Origin: a virus
Taxonomy: Duplodnaviria > Heunggongvirae > Uroviricota > Caudoviricetes
Length of the DNA: 64,000 nucleotides
IMG/VR virus record: IMGVR_UViG_2684622670_000009
Coordinates: 20,476 to 84,475 of that record
Strand: one strand, 5' to 3'
The translations under genes and the position numbers were made by a program. Positions within the stretch are counted from its first letter, which is position 1; every line of letters starts with the position of its first letter. Shown one piece after another: positions 25,112 through 35,211 of this stretch. The notes under the pieces were generated by a model. That model worked only from the letters and a program-made list of their open reading frames with translations, ran no database searches and had not been told where the DNA came from.

Positions 25112-25545
25112 TACAGATAATCTTCCACACGAAGACCTAAACGACGGCCTACTTCTTCCAGTACTTTGTGTTCTGCTGGCTCGATTTCACCGTCCGCTTC
25201 TGCAATCGTCAGCATGTTAACGAATACTTCTTCCGCTTCTTTTGGGTCGTTTTTGATATCTTCAATTTCGCGAAGGATATTCATGCGACCAACACGGAAG
25301 CCAGCTTCCAGTTGCTCGGTAAAGCGGGTAATTGTTGCGGTAATTTCGTTACCAAAATGACTAAGACGCGGATTAGAGCGGATAAGCTGATCAAGTTTCG
25401 CTGTTTCTTCTTTTTTGATTTCACCATCAGCGGCAGACACCAACAAACAGCCACCGATAATGGCCTCCATCAGATCGCGATTCTCAACTTTTTTCAGCTC
25501 TACTTTTGCAGAAGCGACTTTCTTGCCGAACAATTTACCGAACAT
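25111..25545 (-). CDS. tciA: TerB-like tellurite-resistance family protein (tciA-like)
   Basis: 144 aa with duplicated ADGEI...EE motifs characteristic of TerB. Confidence 0.7.
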   Translation of the reverse strand: MFGKLFGKKVASAKVELKKVENRDLMEAIIGGCLLVSAADGEIKKEETAKLDQLIRSNPRLSHFGNEITATITRFTEQLEAGFRVGRMNILREIEDIKNDPKEAEEVFVNMLTIAEADGEIEPAEHKVLEEVGRRLGLRVEDYL

Positions 25546-25807
25546 TGGTTATCCCTCAATAAAAGTGACATATTTATTAGATTGCGGTGCCGGGTGCCTC
25601 CCGGTGACGTTAACCAGTTAACAATTAACGCCGGAATGTTTAATCATCAAGGAGGATTGTTTTAACTGTTCCGCGTGCGCTTAGCCGAATTCACCGCAAT
25701 GGTAAGAGCACTTGGCTGGCTGGGCGGCGATGACGCCTGTACGCATTTGGTGATCCGGTTCTGCTTCCGGCATTCGCTTAATTAGCCAAATACTCTTAAC
25801 GTTGCGC

Positions 25808-25894
25808 TGGTGGAGAGTAATGGAATCGAACCATCATCGCTTGCGCAATGGGACGGTTTTCAAGACCGCTTGAGCGCCATACTCCCTACTCTCC
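25808..25894 (-). tRNA. Class II tRNA-Ser-like gene (anticodon UGA), non-canonical D-arm
   Basis: 87 nt; perfect 7-bp acceptor GGAGAGT/ACTCTCC, anticodon loop CTTGAAA, long variable arm, T-arm GATGG-TTCGATT-CCATT, encoded CCA; positions 8 and 14 atypical. Confidence 0.5.
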
Positions 25895-26047
25895 AATGAT
25901 TGTGGTGGTCGGTGCTGATCTCCGACTGCGCCTCTTTTTTTCATAGCCCATAAGGCCGGTCAGTGCGCTTGATGACTGAGGCATCGATATTTACTACGCC
26001 GCCTCGTTGCCATAGGGCGGACTTGCGCGCCAGCAACGCGCATTCAC

Positions 26048-26134
26048 CACAACGGAAAGAGCATTCACGTCTCGCATCGCGGGAAAAAGCCCACGGTAGA
26101 GAGTCGAACTCTACAAATGCTCTTACCTGTTGTG
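26048..26134 (-). repeat. tRNA-like structured repeat R1 (T-arm-like hairpin flanked by about 19-bp inverted repeats)
   Basis: cacaacggaaagagcatt ... aatgctcttacctgttgtg; internal TAGAG-TTCGACT-CTCTA hairpin; followed by shared motif ggtgctgatctccg. Confidence 0.35.
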
Positions 26135-26262
26135 TTGTGATGACCGGTGCTGATCTCCGGCTTGCGGTTATTTCAGACTCTCACGGGCGTTTAATTGCCC
26201 CGCCGGACAGCTCTTTTCCGCAATAGCTGCAATGTCTTTCGCGCATCAGCCTGCGCATTCAT

Positions 26263-26349
26263 CACAACGGTAAGGGTACTTCGGAGGGATTCGAACCCTC
26301 TGCCAAGCTCGGCGATCTCCGACGTCGCAAAATACCCTTACCTGTTGTG
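26263..26349 (-). repeat. tRNA-like structured repeat R2 (paralog of R1)
   Basis: cacaacggtaagggta ... tacccttacctgttgtg; internal GAGGG-TTCGAAT-CCCTC hairpin; abuts the interrupted tRNA. Confidence 0.35.
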
Positions 26350-26350
26350 C

Positions 26351-26483
26351 TGGTGCCGGTTAACGGATTCGAACCGCTGACCTCTGGCCTAACATCGAAT
26401 CGTTGTCATTTGACCAGCAAGGCTGTCTACCGAAGTAGAAACGATGCTTTGGCTCTCGTGCTCTCCCACTGAGCTAAACCGGC
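26351..26483 (-). tRNA. Interrupted tRNA-Thr-like gene (about 59-nt insertion between D-arm and variable loop; intron or pseudogene)
   Basis: 5' part GCCGGTTTAGCTCAGTGGGAGAGCA and 3' part AGGTCAGCGGTTCGAATCCGTTAACCGGCACCA form acceptor, D- and T-arms, but 76 nt lie where a 17-nt anticodon arm belongs. Confidence 0.4.
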
Positions 26484-26485
26484 AT

Positions 26486-26561
26486 TGGCGATGGTGGGTG
26501 GATTCGAACCACCGACCAGTTAGTTAACAGCCAACTGCTCTAACCGCTGAGCTACACCATC
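26486..26561 (-). tRNA. trnA: tRNA-Asn (anticodon GUU)
   Basis: 76-nt cloverleaf GATGGTGTAGCTCAGCGGTTAGAGCAGTTGGCTGTTAACTAAC...GGTGGTTCGAATCCACC CACCATC G CCA. Confidence 0.85.
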
Positions 26562-27231
26562 ACTTGCCGGGTACGTCTCCGGCGAGGGCTTCCACCTCCG
26601 TATGCTTTTCGGCGCACCGCGCCCTGGCTGCAATTCGGTAACAGGGGATGCATAACCCTGGCTTCCAGCGTGATTAGCGCTTTCAGCATGACGGGATATA
26701 CCCGTAAATTCGTGGAACTGTACCCAAAGTGCTGTTAAGCACCGCTGTTACGCTGAAAAGAAGACGCAACAGGAAAGGACGCTGACCAACAGATGGCCCC
26801 TTCTCGTTCATCTGGTTAATCACACCAGCGCCCTTACCTGTTGTGCCTCCCCGTTCCCTAATACACAGACGGGGACACTCTGCGGTCGATTTTTTGACGG
26901 GGGACGACTCATACCCCGTGGCGTCTGGCTTCTTAGGCCGCAGCCATCATCAGATCATCGTTTGCATTTACTTTAATGGTCAGTTTCTAAACCGCCGCAA
27001 AGTCGCTAACCATGACGAAAACCCTGAAAAAACGCCCACCCGAAGATGGGCAAACAGGATGTAAGCTCGTTACGCATTTCGGTATTGCCACTTAGGCGTA
27101 TGGTCAACCTGGCAACTCGGCGTCATGAGGGGGAAGGAGTCACTACCCCGCCATACTTGCCGCCGCGCCTGTCGCGGCTAACAGCTAAATCGCTCTATAA
27201 ATCACGATTCATTGAAACCATATTACACTAA

Positions 27232-27248
27232 TAAATTTATTAGAGCAA
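27232..27248 (-). promoter_or_regulatory. C1 operator (17/17 match)
   Basis: Reverse complement of aaatttattagagcaat equals ATTGCTCTAATAAATTT; overlaps dmt stop, within palindromic ctaataaatttattag. Confidence 0.55.
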
Positions 27249-30200
27249 TATAGCAATAACGTCATGAGCTACACCACGAGTGTTCCCCTTACAAGACACA
27301 GAACGTCTGGCAAAAAGAGGTTCCACTCTGAAGCCACTGTCTTGGTAAAGCTCCCTGATGTTTGGCGCACCACTATTAGTAATGAGGATCTTTGCACCTC
27401 GGCGATGAGCATCCATTAGCAGAGATACCAGGCGTTTTTGCTCTTCAAACTTAAAGTCATGACCGGAATAGTTTGTGAACCCCTCTGTATTGGGGAGCGG
27501 TTCATACGGAGGATCGCAAAAGATGACATCTCCTTCTCCGGCAGCTTCAATCACCGCTGAAAAATCACCACATACAAACTCAGAACGCCCTTCAGCACCG
27601 AGGAAGGCTTCCATCTCCTGTAATGGGAAATACGGAGTTTTATACTTCCCATAACCAACATTAAACTCACCGGCCTGGTTGTAACGCGTCAATCCGTTAA
27701 AACAATGTCGGTTCAGGAACAAAAACGCTGCTGCACGATGTAAATCATCATAGGCTTGTTTGTTAAACGCATTCCGTACTGCCAGGTATCCTTCCTGTGT
27801 GTTGTAGTCCTGGAAAAACCGATGCGCCAGAGTGATAAGTGAATGTCCCTCACGTTGCAGAGTCCTGTAAAAGTTAATCAGGTCAGCATTCACATCATTT
27901 AGCAGATTTTCTTGATATCCGGCATTTATGAAGACAGCTCCGCCACCAACGAAAGGCTCGATCAGGCGCTTTCCGTCAGGTAAATGCCTAAAGATTTGTT
28001 CAAGAACACCAAATTTTCCGCCGACCCATTTAAATATGGGACGGTCAAATTCTGCCGTTAGCTTAACTCTCCGTTCTGTTGCTTCATGATTTTTTGCCTG
28101 CTGATATGCAGCCTTAATAATCCGCTCACCAATCCATCGCATTACTGGTATCGCCATGCTATTGCCGATCGCTTTGTAACGCGGTCCGTCAGCTGCAAGC
28201 ATCGCGGCCTCTTCTTCGCTTAAATCTGGATAGTGATTGCGAAGGTATGCCAGTTCATCTGAAGTAACTTTTTTACGCTTTTCCGTCGGGATCAACGTAT
28301 GCCCATCAGGAAAACCTTGCAGTCTTTCACATTCGACAGGGGTAAGACGGCGGACAGCTACTGCTGCGTTTCCTACGTCATAGCAAACGGCTGTTGTATT
28401 TTTGGCCATTAAAGATGGTGAAGTATTCTTAGTTGCAGCATGTTGTGTACCGCTCATACGCTCAGGAAAAGCCAATGTAACAAGATGCTCATGGCTTTCT
28501 TGCTCACGTGCCCGCAATGTACCATGCCCTTCTGACCAAAAACCTGCTCCTGTGCTGCTAAAAACTGCAAGGTCAGTGGCATCTTTAAAGTCTCTCGCCT
28601 TTACTGTCGATGCGGTTTCATCGCCAATATATTCCCCAAATGCCGCCATCCTGAAAGCGTTTACGGCTTTCGTCGATTTCATACCGGGGGTAATGTCAGC
28701 GTGTAGGCATGGATTTAGGCTTTCGCCACTGATTGCAGCGCCATTTGCAATAATGGCGGAAGCGATTTCCTTCTTTTTTCGGCTCGGCGCAATATTCCGG
28801 CGCACGCCTTCGAACTCAAAAAGTACCGTTGCGGGATCGAGGTCTGTTCGAGCACTTGCGACAACAAACACGCGTCGGCGTCGTTGTGCCACTCCGAAGT
28901 ATTGGGCATCAAGGATTCTCCAGGCCACCTTTCGCTGCGGTCCATAAATACAACCACACTGCGGCCACTTTGGAGCATGGCAACCGGTTTTGCCATCCCA
29001 CCGCCAGAACGCGTTACTTTTTCCTGATTCAGGTCGATCACCTGGTTCAAATGGCGCATCTTCTCCAGCCAATCCGGCAAGGAAACATCCGAAGGCGTTA
29101 TCTGCCGATGACAAGACTCCTGGGACATTTTCCCAGACGATAACGGCTGGTTTGAGAAATGACTCAGCCCGTTTGTCGTCAATTGCATTTGCAAGCTCCA
29201 CATACTTTAAAGTTAGCGCGCCACGCTCATCATCAAGCCCACCACGTAATCCCGCGATACTGAATGCCTGACAGTTATGGACCACCGCACCATTGAGGAT
29301 ATAGGAATGATCACCTTCGACTTCTATGTTGTATACAGTATCTAGGCCTACCGATTTAAACTCTTTGACTGTTCGTAAAAGCATTCCATGAGCCAATCTT
29401 GATTTACGTGACAATTTCTGCGGGCAGATTGTTACCTGATAATAATTCCGTTGATTTACCACGCGATCCTCGATCACTTTTTTGGGCTCAACTTCAATAA
29501 AGCTGACCGAAGAAACATAACCACAAGTCTGTGACACCCCCGCAACGCCCCAAGCAAGCGCAGGACTAACACTATTAATTCTAAATCCCGCTTTACCACT
29601 TGGTGTCCCATCAGTATCAAGATAGCCTTGTAAAAACACATGACGCAATGGATGCGACATCACCCATGCAGGGATACGCTTAGCATGGCTTAACTCGCCA
29701 AAATGTTCATTAAGCCAATTGGCATAACACGTATCATTCAAGGTTACTTTGATGCTCCCTCGGATTTCTCTTGCCACGGAAAATATGTTTTCTGGTATGC
29801 GACAATGAAACTTTCTCAATTTCTGGCAATTTATGCCAAAAACAACCGCCTTCTTAGATTTACCTCTCCATCTCCTAATATATCCATCGCCAACATAAGC
29901 GCCCGCAAGATACATAGCCTGTTCTTCAGACAAGAACCGAGAACAAATATCTGGAGATGCAATATTGAAATTAGTTAGAGCGCACCATTGATATCCTGGC
30001 ATATCACATGCTGCTCGCCATTCCGGTTCAGACAACAACTCTCTCTTAAAATATGTGCCATTTTTCCGGGTGTTTTGGGCTTTCCACCGAACAGCCAGGA
30101 AGGGATGGTCATTGGTTGTTCTTATACCTAAAGGCTGCCCAACGGCATTAAGTAACCCCGTATTAGCTATTTTTGAACCAACTCTTTTTACTTGTTGTAA

Positions 30201-30527
30201 CCGCCCGAGATGACTGACTACGTAATCGCCAGGGCAAACATCTTCTATTGGTTTATAACCATTTTTACAAAGAACCATATGCCCCGCGGTAAAACATGGT
30301 GTTCCCCCGACGAGCACGTCAGGGGATTCGATTTCCCCAGCCAGGACTTTTTTGGCAAGTTTAGTCATGTCGCCAAGGTTGGCGACATGGGGCCAGCGGT
30401 GCGCAAGAACGGCCGATGGAAAAGACTCGATTTCAGCAAACCACGCCGGACGCATACCCAACGGTTCCCAGGCAATACTCGCGGCTTCAATTCCACTGCA
30501 AACAGATCCATAGCACAGCTCTTTCAC
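27240..30527 (-). CDS. dmt: Bifunctional DNA methyltransferase (C5-cytosine domain plus Dam-like N6-adenine domain) interrupted by an intein
   Basis: 1095 aa; C5-methyltransferase motifs (ENV in [25 protein letters not shown]) and Dam-like FKWVGGK, DPPY; motif IV GGTP|CQAFS split by a 341-aa insert. Confidence 0.85.
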   Translation of the reverse strand: MKELCYGSVCSGIEAASIAWEPLGMRPAWFAEIESFPSAVLAHRWPHVANLGDMTKLAKKVLAGEIESPDVLVGGTPCFTAGHMVLCKNGYKPIEDVCPGDYVVSHLGRLQQVKRVGSKIANTGLLNAVGQPLGIRTTNDHPFLAVRWKAQNTRKNGTYFKRELLSEPEWRAACDMPGYQWCALTNFNIASPDICSRFLSEEQAMYLAGAYVGDGYIRRWRGKSKKAVVFGINCQKLRKFHCRIPENIFSVAREIRGSIKVTLNDTCYANWLNEHFGELSHAKRIPAWVMSHPLRHVFLQGYLDTDGTPSGKAGFRINSVSPALAWGVAGVSQTCGYVSSVSFIEVEPKKVIEDRVVNQRNYYQVTICPQKLSRKSRLAHGMLLRTVKEFKSVGLDTVYNIEVEGDHSYILNGAVVHNCQAFSIAGLRGGLDDERGALTLKYVELANAIDDKRAESFLKPAVIVWENVPGVLSSADNAFGCFLAGLAGEDAPFEPGDRPESGKSNAFWRWDGKTGCHAPKWPQCGCIYGPQRKVAWRILDAQYFGVAQRRRRVFVVASARTDLDPATVLFEFEGVRRNIAPSRKKKEIASAIIANGAAISGESLNPCLHADITPGMKSTKAVNAFRMAAFGEYIGDETASTVKARDFKDATDLAVFSSTGAGFWSEGHGTLRAREQESHEHLVTLAFPERMSGTQHAATKNTSPSLMAKNTTAVCYDVGNAAVAVRRLTPVECERLQGFPDGHTLIPTEKRKKVTSDELAYLRNHYPDLSEEEAAMLAADGPRYKAIGNSMAIPVMRWIGERIIKAAYQQAKNHEATERRVKLTAEFDRPIFKWVGGKFGVLEQIFRHLPDGKRLIEPFVGGGAVFINAGYQENLLNDVNADLINFYRTLQREGHSLITLAHRFFQDYNTQEGYLAVRNAFNKQAYDDLHRAAAFLFLNRHCFNGLTRYNQAGEFNVGYGKYKTPYFPLQEMEAFLGAEGRSEFVCGDFSAVIEAAGEGDVIFCDPPYEPLPNTEGFTNYSGHDFKFEEQKRLVSLLMDAHRRGAKILITNSGAPNIRELYQDSGFRVEPLFARRSVSCKGNTRGVAHDVIAILL
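29274..30296 (-). mobile_element. Intein with LAGLIDADG homing-endonuclease domain (residues 78-418 of Dmt)
   Basis: Starts [16 protein letters not shown] (block A), TTNDHPF (block B), [12 protein letters not shown] and [11 protein letters not shown] (LAGLIDADG x2), ends [21 protein letters not shown] followed by the catalytic Cys. Confidence 0.8.
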
Positions 30528-31432
30528 TGCTTAGCCTCTCCACCAAGGGCATTTACCAGAGCATCAACCAGGCACGAAATTTCACTGGTCAACAGGAAGA
30601 AATCTGCGTCCAGTCGCTGCGCAACATCTTCACTATCAATATCAGAGTTCTGCTCAAGCAATTCATCCGCAAATTTGACGCTGGTAAGGCTGAAGTTATG
30701 GTCCAGTGTAAATTTAATGCGGTTCTGCCAGTCGAGTGCCAACTTAGTGACGAGCTTGCCAGCTTCCAGGTGTGTGGAAATTTCATCGCTTCCCAAATCC
30801 TGCTTTTTCACTCGGGCAATACCGCCATCCTCAAGCACTGCCTTAAGTTCTGCCGCATCCCCCATTTGAAATCCCTGTGGAGCACTACCATCACGTACCC
30901 AGTCGGTCAGCGTTAATTCAATGGGATTTTCAACACTTAGGGGAACAACAGGAAGAGAACCCAGAGACTTACGCATAAGTGCGAGCATATCCTCTGCCTG
31001 CCGCGCGCAGGCATTGATATAGATACGTTTAGTTGAACGATCGTAGATCGCCTGGATAACAGAAAACTTTGAAAAAGCCCGTGGCAGAAGAGAATGCAGA
31101 ACTTCGTCTTTCAGGGAATCCTTTTCTGTTTTCTTCAGTTTACGCGCTTGTTCTTGCTCAAGTTTTTCAATTTTTTCTTGAATAGCTCGCTGGATAACCG
31201 GCAGGGGAAGAATTTTTGTTTCGCGCTTTGCTTCAACAAGGATAAAACCATTTCCATGCATAGCGATAACTTCGGAATTATCACCAAATGGCGATACAAA
31301 ACCGAACTTGGCCATATCCTGACTACCGCATGGCGTGAAAAGGATCATTTTCTTTTTATCTTCTAAGTCGGTCAGATCCGCCTCACGAGAAAGTTTATAA
31401 ATAGTAATGTTTTTCCAGTGCTTAAACATGTT
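30524..31432 (-). CDS. hrdC: Recombination-associated protein RdgC homolog
   Basis: About 303 aa from internal ATG ([13 protein letters not shown]...); long stretches match E. coli RdgC from memory ([32 protein letters not shown]). Confidence 0.85.
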   Translation of the reverse strand, partial: NMFKHWKNITIYKLSREADLTDLEDKKKMILFTPCGSQDMAKFGFVSPFGDNSEVIAMHGNGFILVEAKRETKILPLPVIQRAIQEKIEKLEQEQARKLKKTEKDSLKDEVLHSLLPRAFSKFSVIQAIYDRSTKRIYINACARQAEDMLALMRKSLGSLPVVPLSVENPIELTLTDWVRDGSAPQGFQMGDAAELKAVLEDGGIARVKKQDLGSDEISTHLEAGKLVTKLALDWQNRIKFTLDHNFSLTSVKFADELLEQNSDIDSEDVAQRLDADFFLLTSEISCLVDALVNALGGEAKQ

Positions 31433-31706
31433 GTAACCCTTGAATATCAACCACAGAAAGCTCGTCTTTGTAGAAAAAGGCCAAGTTGTGGCCCCCCCTC
31501 GTTTGAGCGTATGAGCTGGGACCAATTTCGTTCTTCCAGACAAATGGCTTCAAATCCGTACGGCGAAGCATAAAAACGCGATTTGTTCCGCTCTGATTCC
31601 CAATGAGGCAAAAGCCTTCTTTCACCTTGATAGCCTGCAAGTTGTCGAGTTCACCGCTGGTTACACGGCTATCGAACTCCTTGCGGCTTATTAGCTCCAT
31701 CTGCAT
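31422..31706 (-). CDS. Hypothetical protein upstream of hrdC (uhr-like position)
   Basis: About 94 aa from internal ATG with GGAG Shine-Dalgarno; C1-operator-like site about 75 bp upstream. Confidence 0.4.
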   Translation of the reverse strand: MQMELISRKEFDSRVTSGELDNLQAIKVKEGFCLIGNQSGTNRVFMLRRTDLKPFVWKNEIGPSSYAQTRGGHNLAFFYKDELSVVDIQGLQHV

Positions 31707-31777
31707 CTGACGACTCCAAACAAATGCCCATTGAAGGGCGATGGCTGAATGGTACCGAAAACACGACATAAAAAAAA

Positions 31778-31795
31778 CAATATTTATTAGTGCAA
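31778..31795 (-). promoter_or_regulatory. C1 operator-like site (15/17)
   Basis: Reverse complement of aatatttattagtgcaat; upstream of the uhr-hrdC-dmt gene string. Confidence 0.4.
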
Positions 31796-31877
31796 TTTTA
31801 TAGTAAGTAAACGCCATACAGACCACAAATAACCTAAGTTAAAATAACGAAAATCAGAGCAAATCATTGGTGATGAC

Positions 31878-32162
31878 GTGGCAAGTATTGCAACAAAAGA
31901 CAGCATTTGTTCGGGGCACGGAGGATTCCCATCCAGGCCTCCTGTAGAGAGTGAACCACTACTTAAAGTCAACGGAGTCGAAGTGTTAGTTGATGGTAAG
32001 CAATATGCACAGCATACCGATGGAAACAGTACGCACGGTGGGCAAGCTATATCAACCAGGGCATGGTTTACCGTCAATGGTAAAGGGGTCGTATGCGTTG
32101 GTGACCCTGTTTCATGCGGTTCTACCGTAGCGTCAGGAGACGGCCTAGTTCAGGTAAGTTAG
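31878..32162 (+). CDS. Small Gly-rich protein, possibly PAAR-like
   Basis: 94 aa, GTG start; SICSGHGG and CVGDPVSCG motifs loosely resemble PAAR repeats. Confidence 0.3.
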   Translation: MASIATKDSICSGHGGFPSRPPVESEPLLKVNGVEVLVDGKQYAQHTDGNSTHGGQAISTRAWFTVNGKGVVCVGDPVSCGSTVASGDGLVQVS

Positions 32163-32170
32163 GAGATATC

Positions 32171-32959
32171 ATGCTGGAAAAAGACTACCAGTTATCCGCA
32201 TATAAAAAATTGGCCGCAGCCGGTGGGATGAAAACACCTGGCGCCATAACATCGGCACGAAACAGTGCTAACACGGCAAAACAGCTTGCAGAAGAATTGA
32301 TCGGATTAATTTTGGATACAATTGTCTATCCCGACACTATTACCAGCTATGTTTCAACGATCAGAACAACCACAACCGGCTTAACGAACATTGGAGAACT
32401 GGCAACTAAGCACGCGGACCTGTTGGCTGGTTATGCAGATCTGTCAATGCTGCTTCAACTCAATATTGGTTGGGATGTTTACTGCCGTGCTAATGAGCGA
32501 GAAGTATCAGAACTGCCGATCTCTATTGCCATTGGTGATGTGACTATTACTAAATCGCTTGAGGACGCTGTAAACGCGCTTAATACATCAAGTTTAGTCA
32601 CTGCTATGGGGGAGATTAACCAGACCCTTAACACTGGCTCAGGAAGCTCGTCAGGCTCTGGTTCAGGCGGCGGCACTGCCACTCCCCCACCAGCACTAAC
32701 AGAAGAGCAAATTGAATCTCTGAAAGTAGCAACTGAACAGTTTGGGGTTGTTTTCAACCAGACAACAGCGCCCACAACTGCGTTACAACAGCAGTATGAA
32801 CGAGCGAATGAAAGCGCCAACGTAGCCATAACTGCTTATAACCATGCTATCGGTACCGCGCTTGCGGAAGCATCAGCAAATAAGGCCAGCACAGCCAGCG
32901 CAGTCGCCGCTTTGGTTCCTGATTCTGTTCTTGATGAATTAAACAAAGCGGCACGGTAA
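32171..32959 (+). CDS. Hypothetical protein with Gly/Ser-rich linker
   Basis: 262 aa from ATG with AGGAG Shine-Dalgarno; GSGSSSGSGSGGG linker. Confidence 0.5.
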   Translation: MLEKDYQLSAYKKLAAAGGMKTPGAITSARNSANTAKQLAEELIGLILDTIVYPDTITSYVSTIRTTTTGLTNIGELATKHADLLAGYADLSMLLQLNIGWDVYCRANEREVSELPISIAIGDVTITKSLEDAVNALNTSSLVTAMGEINQTLNTGSGSSSGSGSGGGTATPPPALTEEQIESLKVATEQFGVVFNQTTAPTTALQQQYERANESANVAITAYNHAIGTALAEASANKASTASAVAALVPDSVLDELNKAAR

Positions 32960-32998
32960 CAAAGGACTTCATTGATAATTTTTCTTCAGGAGGAAGAC

Positions 32999-33421
32999 AT
33001 GTCATTCTTTTCTACGTTAAAAACAGCTTTGTCTTTGAAGGAGAAACTTGCTGCTACTGGTGTTCTTGTTCTGATTTGCGCACTTGTTGGTGCTGGGTTT
33101 GCATGGGAACGTCATCAGCTAAAGCAAGCCATGGAGAAAATTGGCAGTCTTGATCAGGCTGTTAAGGAACGTGATAAGTCAATAATGGATCTTAACCAGA
33201 CCATTGCGACGATGAACAAAGCAGAGCAACATTTTCACAGCCAGGAAGTGAAAAATGAATCAGAACAAGCCAAGTATGCTGACAGGCAAATGGAACGAAA
33301 AGCTGAAGTTCAGAAACAACTTGTTGCGGCGGGTAATGTTCGCCAGCGCATTCCTGCTGACACTCAGCGGTTGCTCCGGGAGTCGATCAGCGAATTTAAC
33401 GCCGACGCCGACAAAGATTAA
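32999..33421 (+). CDS. Putative i-spanin (Rz-like): N-terminal transmembrane helix plus coiled coil
   Basis: MSFFSTLK... with TM segment LAATGVLVLICALVGAGFAW; AGGAGG Shine-Dalgarno. Confidence 0.45.
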   Translation: MSFFSTLKTALSLKEKLAATGVLVLICALVGAGFAWERHQLKQAMEKIGSLDQAVKERDKSIMDLNQTIATMNKAEQHFHSQEVKNESEQAKYADRQMERKAEVQKQLVAAGNVRQRIPADTQRLLRESISEFNADADKD

Positions 33422-33587
33422 TCACCCTGCCCCCAAAAGTGCGTTTATGTGCAGGATGCCAGAGTTTAGCAGTGAATATTTTGATGATCTGCCAGCCTAT
33501 ATCCTCGATACAGAAACGATGTTGATGGGGATTAACAGGAAGAATCGCAACGTTAATGATTACAACCGCGCTATCAGCGGTAACTAA
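33336..33587 (+). CDS. Putative o-spanin (Rz1-like lipoprotein) overlapping the i-spanin in the +1 frame
   Basis: MFASAFLLTLSGCSGS lipobox; Pro-rich mature region; overlaps the 3' end of the Rz-like gene. Confidence 0.4.
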   Translation: MFASAFLLTLSGCSGSRSANLTPTPTKINHPAPKSAFMCRMPEFSSEYFDDLPAYILDTETMLMGINRKNRNVNDYNRAISGN

Positions 33588-33598
33588 AAGGGATTTTT

Positions 33599-33991
33599 AT
33601 GTCTGATAAAGTAACAGTAAAGCAAACTATCAACAAAGCGACTTCAATCTACAAAATTGAGCACATCACAGTTGGCAAGCCAGGATCTGAACAATACCGT
33701 CATGCTTTCGAGCTTGCCGATCAGCTTGGTTTAAAACACCCGGATTGCATCGAGCATGTATTTCCGACCTATGCTGATGAGCAATGTACTCATGTTCTTA
33801 CCGAAGAGGATTTTTTCAGCACTGAAGAACGAGAAGGCGTTGATCGCTGCATTGGTGTGATTTGTTCTTCGGTAAGTGATGAGTTATTCCCTAATGTGCC
33901 TGAATATGGTGGTATTGGATACCAATTCCTGTACGAGGGCGATGAGCTTAAATGCTATGAACATGGTCTTCTCATCGAAAGCGTAGAATAA
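33599..33991 (+). CDS. Hypothetical protein
   Basis: 130-aa ORF followed by a terminator. Confidence 0.5.
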   Translation: MSDKVTVKQTINKATSIYKIEHITVGKPGSEQYRHAFELADQLGLKHPDCIEHVFPTYADEQCTHVLTEEDFFSTEEREGVDRCIGVICSSVSDELFPNVPEYGGIGYQFLYEGDELKCYEHGLLIESVE

Positions 33992-34005
33992 TACAGCTTC
34001 CTTCC

Positions 34006-34030
34006 AACCGGCTTTGTTGGCCGGTTTATT
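34006..34030 (+). terminator. Rho-independent terminator
   Basis: Stem AACCGGC/GCCGGTT followed by a T-rich tract. Confidence 0.5.
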
Positions 34031-34039
34031 CAACTTATC

Positions 34040-34253
34040 CACAGCATAGATCCAATAAACAGATCCAAAAGAGAACCCTAGAAGATCCAAATAAGATCCC
34101 GGATCGCTGCAGGCCGCGCCATGTCTGGCCTGAAACGTGATCAACATTGACTATATGCGATTTTATGTTGACTGTACACGATTTATTGTTGACTACACGC
34201 GATTTTATGTTGACTATACGCGATATAAACATTGACTGTACGCGATTTTAAAG
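34040..34253 (+). repeat. Plasmid origin oriR / incC: GATC-containing heptamer repeats followed by five roughly 21-bp-spaced iterons
   Basis: Five GATC sites (34045-34110), then five TTGACTRYRYGCGATWT iterons starting at 34147, 34168, 34189, 34210, 34233 directly upstream of repA. Confidence 0.6.
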
Positions 34254-34326
34254 CCTGAATATTCACAGCTGTTGATAACAGCCATCCAAATTGACGTCAG
34301 GCCGCGCCACACATGGAGAAACCACG

Positions 34327-35211
34327 ATGCCGGAAGAAAGTAAAGGCTTCCTTAGCGTTGAAGAAGTTGCAGGAAATACAGGAGAAATCCACAGCCTGAA
34401 ACCCAATAACAACAGCACTATACAACCCATCGCTTTGTTGCGCTTAGGTGTGTTTGTGCCAACCTTAAAATCTACCAATGTGGCACTACGTCGCGGATCG
34501 TCAGTTACTACAAACACAACGAACGCAACCGAAGAACTATCAAGCCTCAAAATTGTTGAGCAGGAAGGCTATGAGGGAATTGAAATTCATGGTCCACGCC
34601 TGGATATGGATACTGATTTTAAGGTGTGGGTGGGCATAACCTCCGCGTTGTTTGACTATGCACCTGATGATGACGGTATAATTACCCTGCCATTCTCCGA
34701 GTTTGCCGATCGATGCGGCTATCCACGTAAGCGCCTTTCAAAGGCGTTCCGTAAAAGTATTGATGACTCTCTGACACGCATTCAGCAGACAGTTGTCAAA
34801 TTCCGCTTCCCGGCGGCAAAAGGTCATCTCAATAACATTAACGTCAACTTGTTGGCATATAGCAGCCTGAATACCGAGCTTGATGTTATCGAGATCCAGC
34901 CGCAGAAACAGCTATCTGAACTTTACTATGTTGACTATAAGCGAATCCTGAAGCTGAAGATGCTGGATAAGCTCGGGCGCAAAGAGACGGCCAAGGTACT
35001 GTATACATTCTTTGAGGCTCTACCTGCCAACCCAGCACCTGTCAGCATTGAGCGCCTTAGAGCAAGGCTTAACCTCAAATCATCCGTTAGCGTGCAAAAT
35101 AGCGTTATCAGAAAAGCCATGAAAGATTTGGAAGCTATTGAATATCTTAAATTTTCAGAGATAAAAAACGGCAGGAAAATCGGCTTCCAGATCCATAAGC
35201 GCAATCCATAA
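34327..35211 (+). CDS. repA: Iteron-binding replication initiator (RepA-like)
   Basis: About 294 aa from internal ATG (MPEESKGF...); flanked by iteron arrays in P1-type oriR-repA-incA order. Confidence 0.6.
   Translation: MPEESKGFLSVEEVAGNTGEIHSLKPNNNSTIQPIALLRLGVFVPTLKSTNVALRRGSSVTTNTTNATEELSSLKIVEQEGYEGIEIHGPRLDMDTDFKVWVGITSALFDYAPDDDGIITLPFSEFADRCGYPRKRLSKAFRKSIDDSLTRIQQTVVKFRFPAAKGHLNNINVNLLAYSSLNTELDVIEIQPQKQLSELYYVDYKRILKLKMLDKLGRKETAKVLYTFFEALPANPAPVSIERLRARLNLKSSVSVQNSVIRKAMKDLEAIEYLKFSEIKNGRKIGFQIHKRNP

Noticed and set aside
26263-26349. R2 element read as a plus-strand tRNA
   Set aside because: The T-loop reads ATTCGAA in this orientation; canonical TTCGAAT appears only on the minus strand, and even there no complete cloverleaf closes.
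26600-27231. Short plus-strand ORFs (61-73 aa) between tRNA-Asn and dmt
   Set aside because: GC-rich leader-like region, no ribosome-binding sites; more likely an untranslated leader or structured RNA upstream of the tRNA cluster.
28402-29271. Plus- and minus-strand ORFs of 90-180 aa within the dmt/intein region
   Set aside because: Alternative-frame or antisense products of a gene whose primary frame carries methyltransferase and intein motifs throughout.
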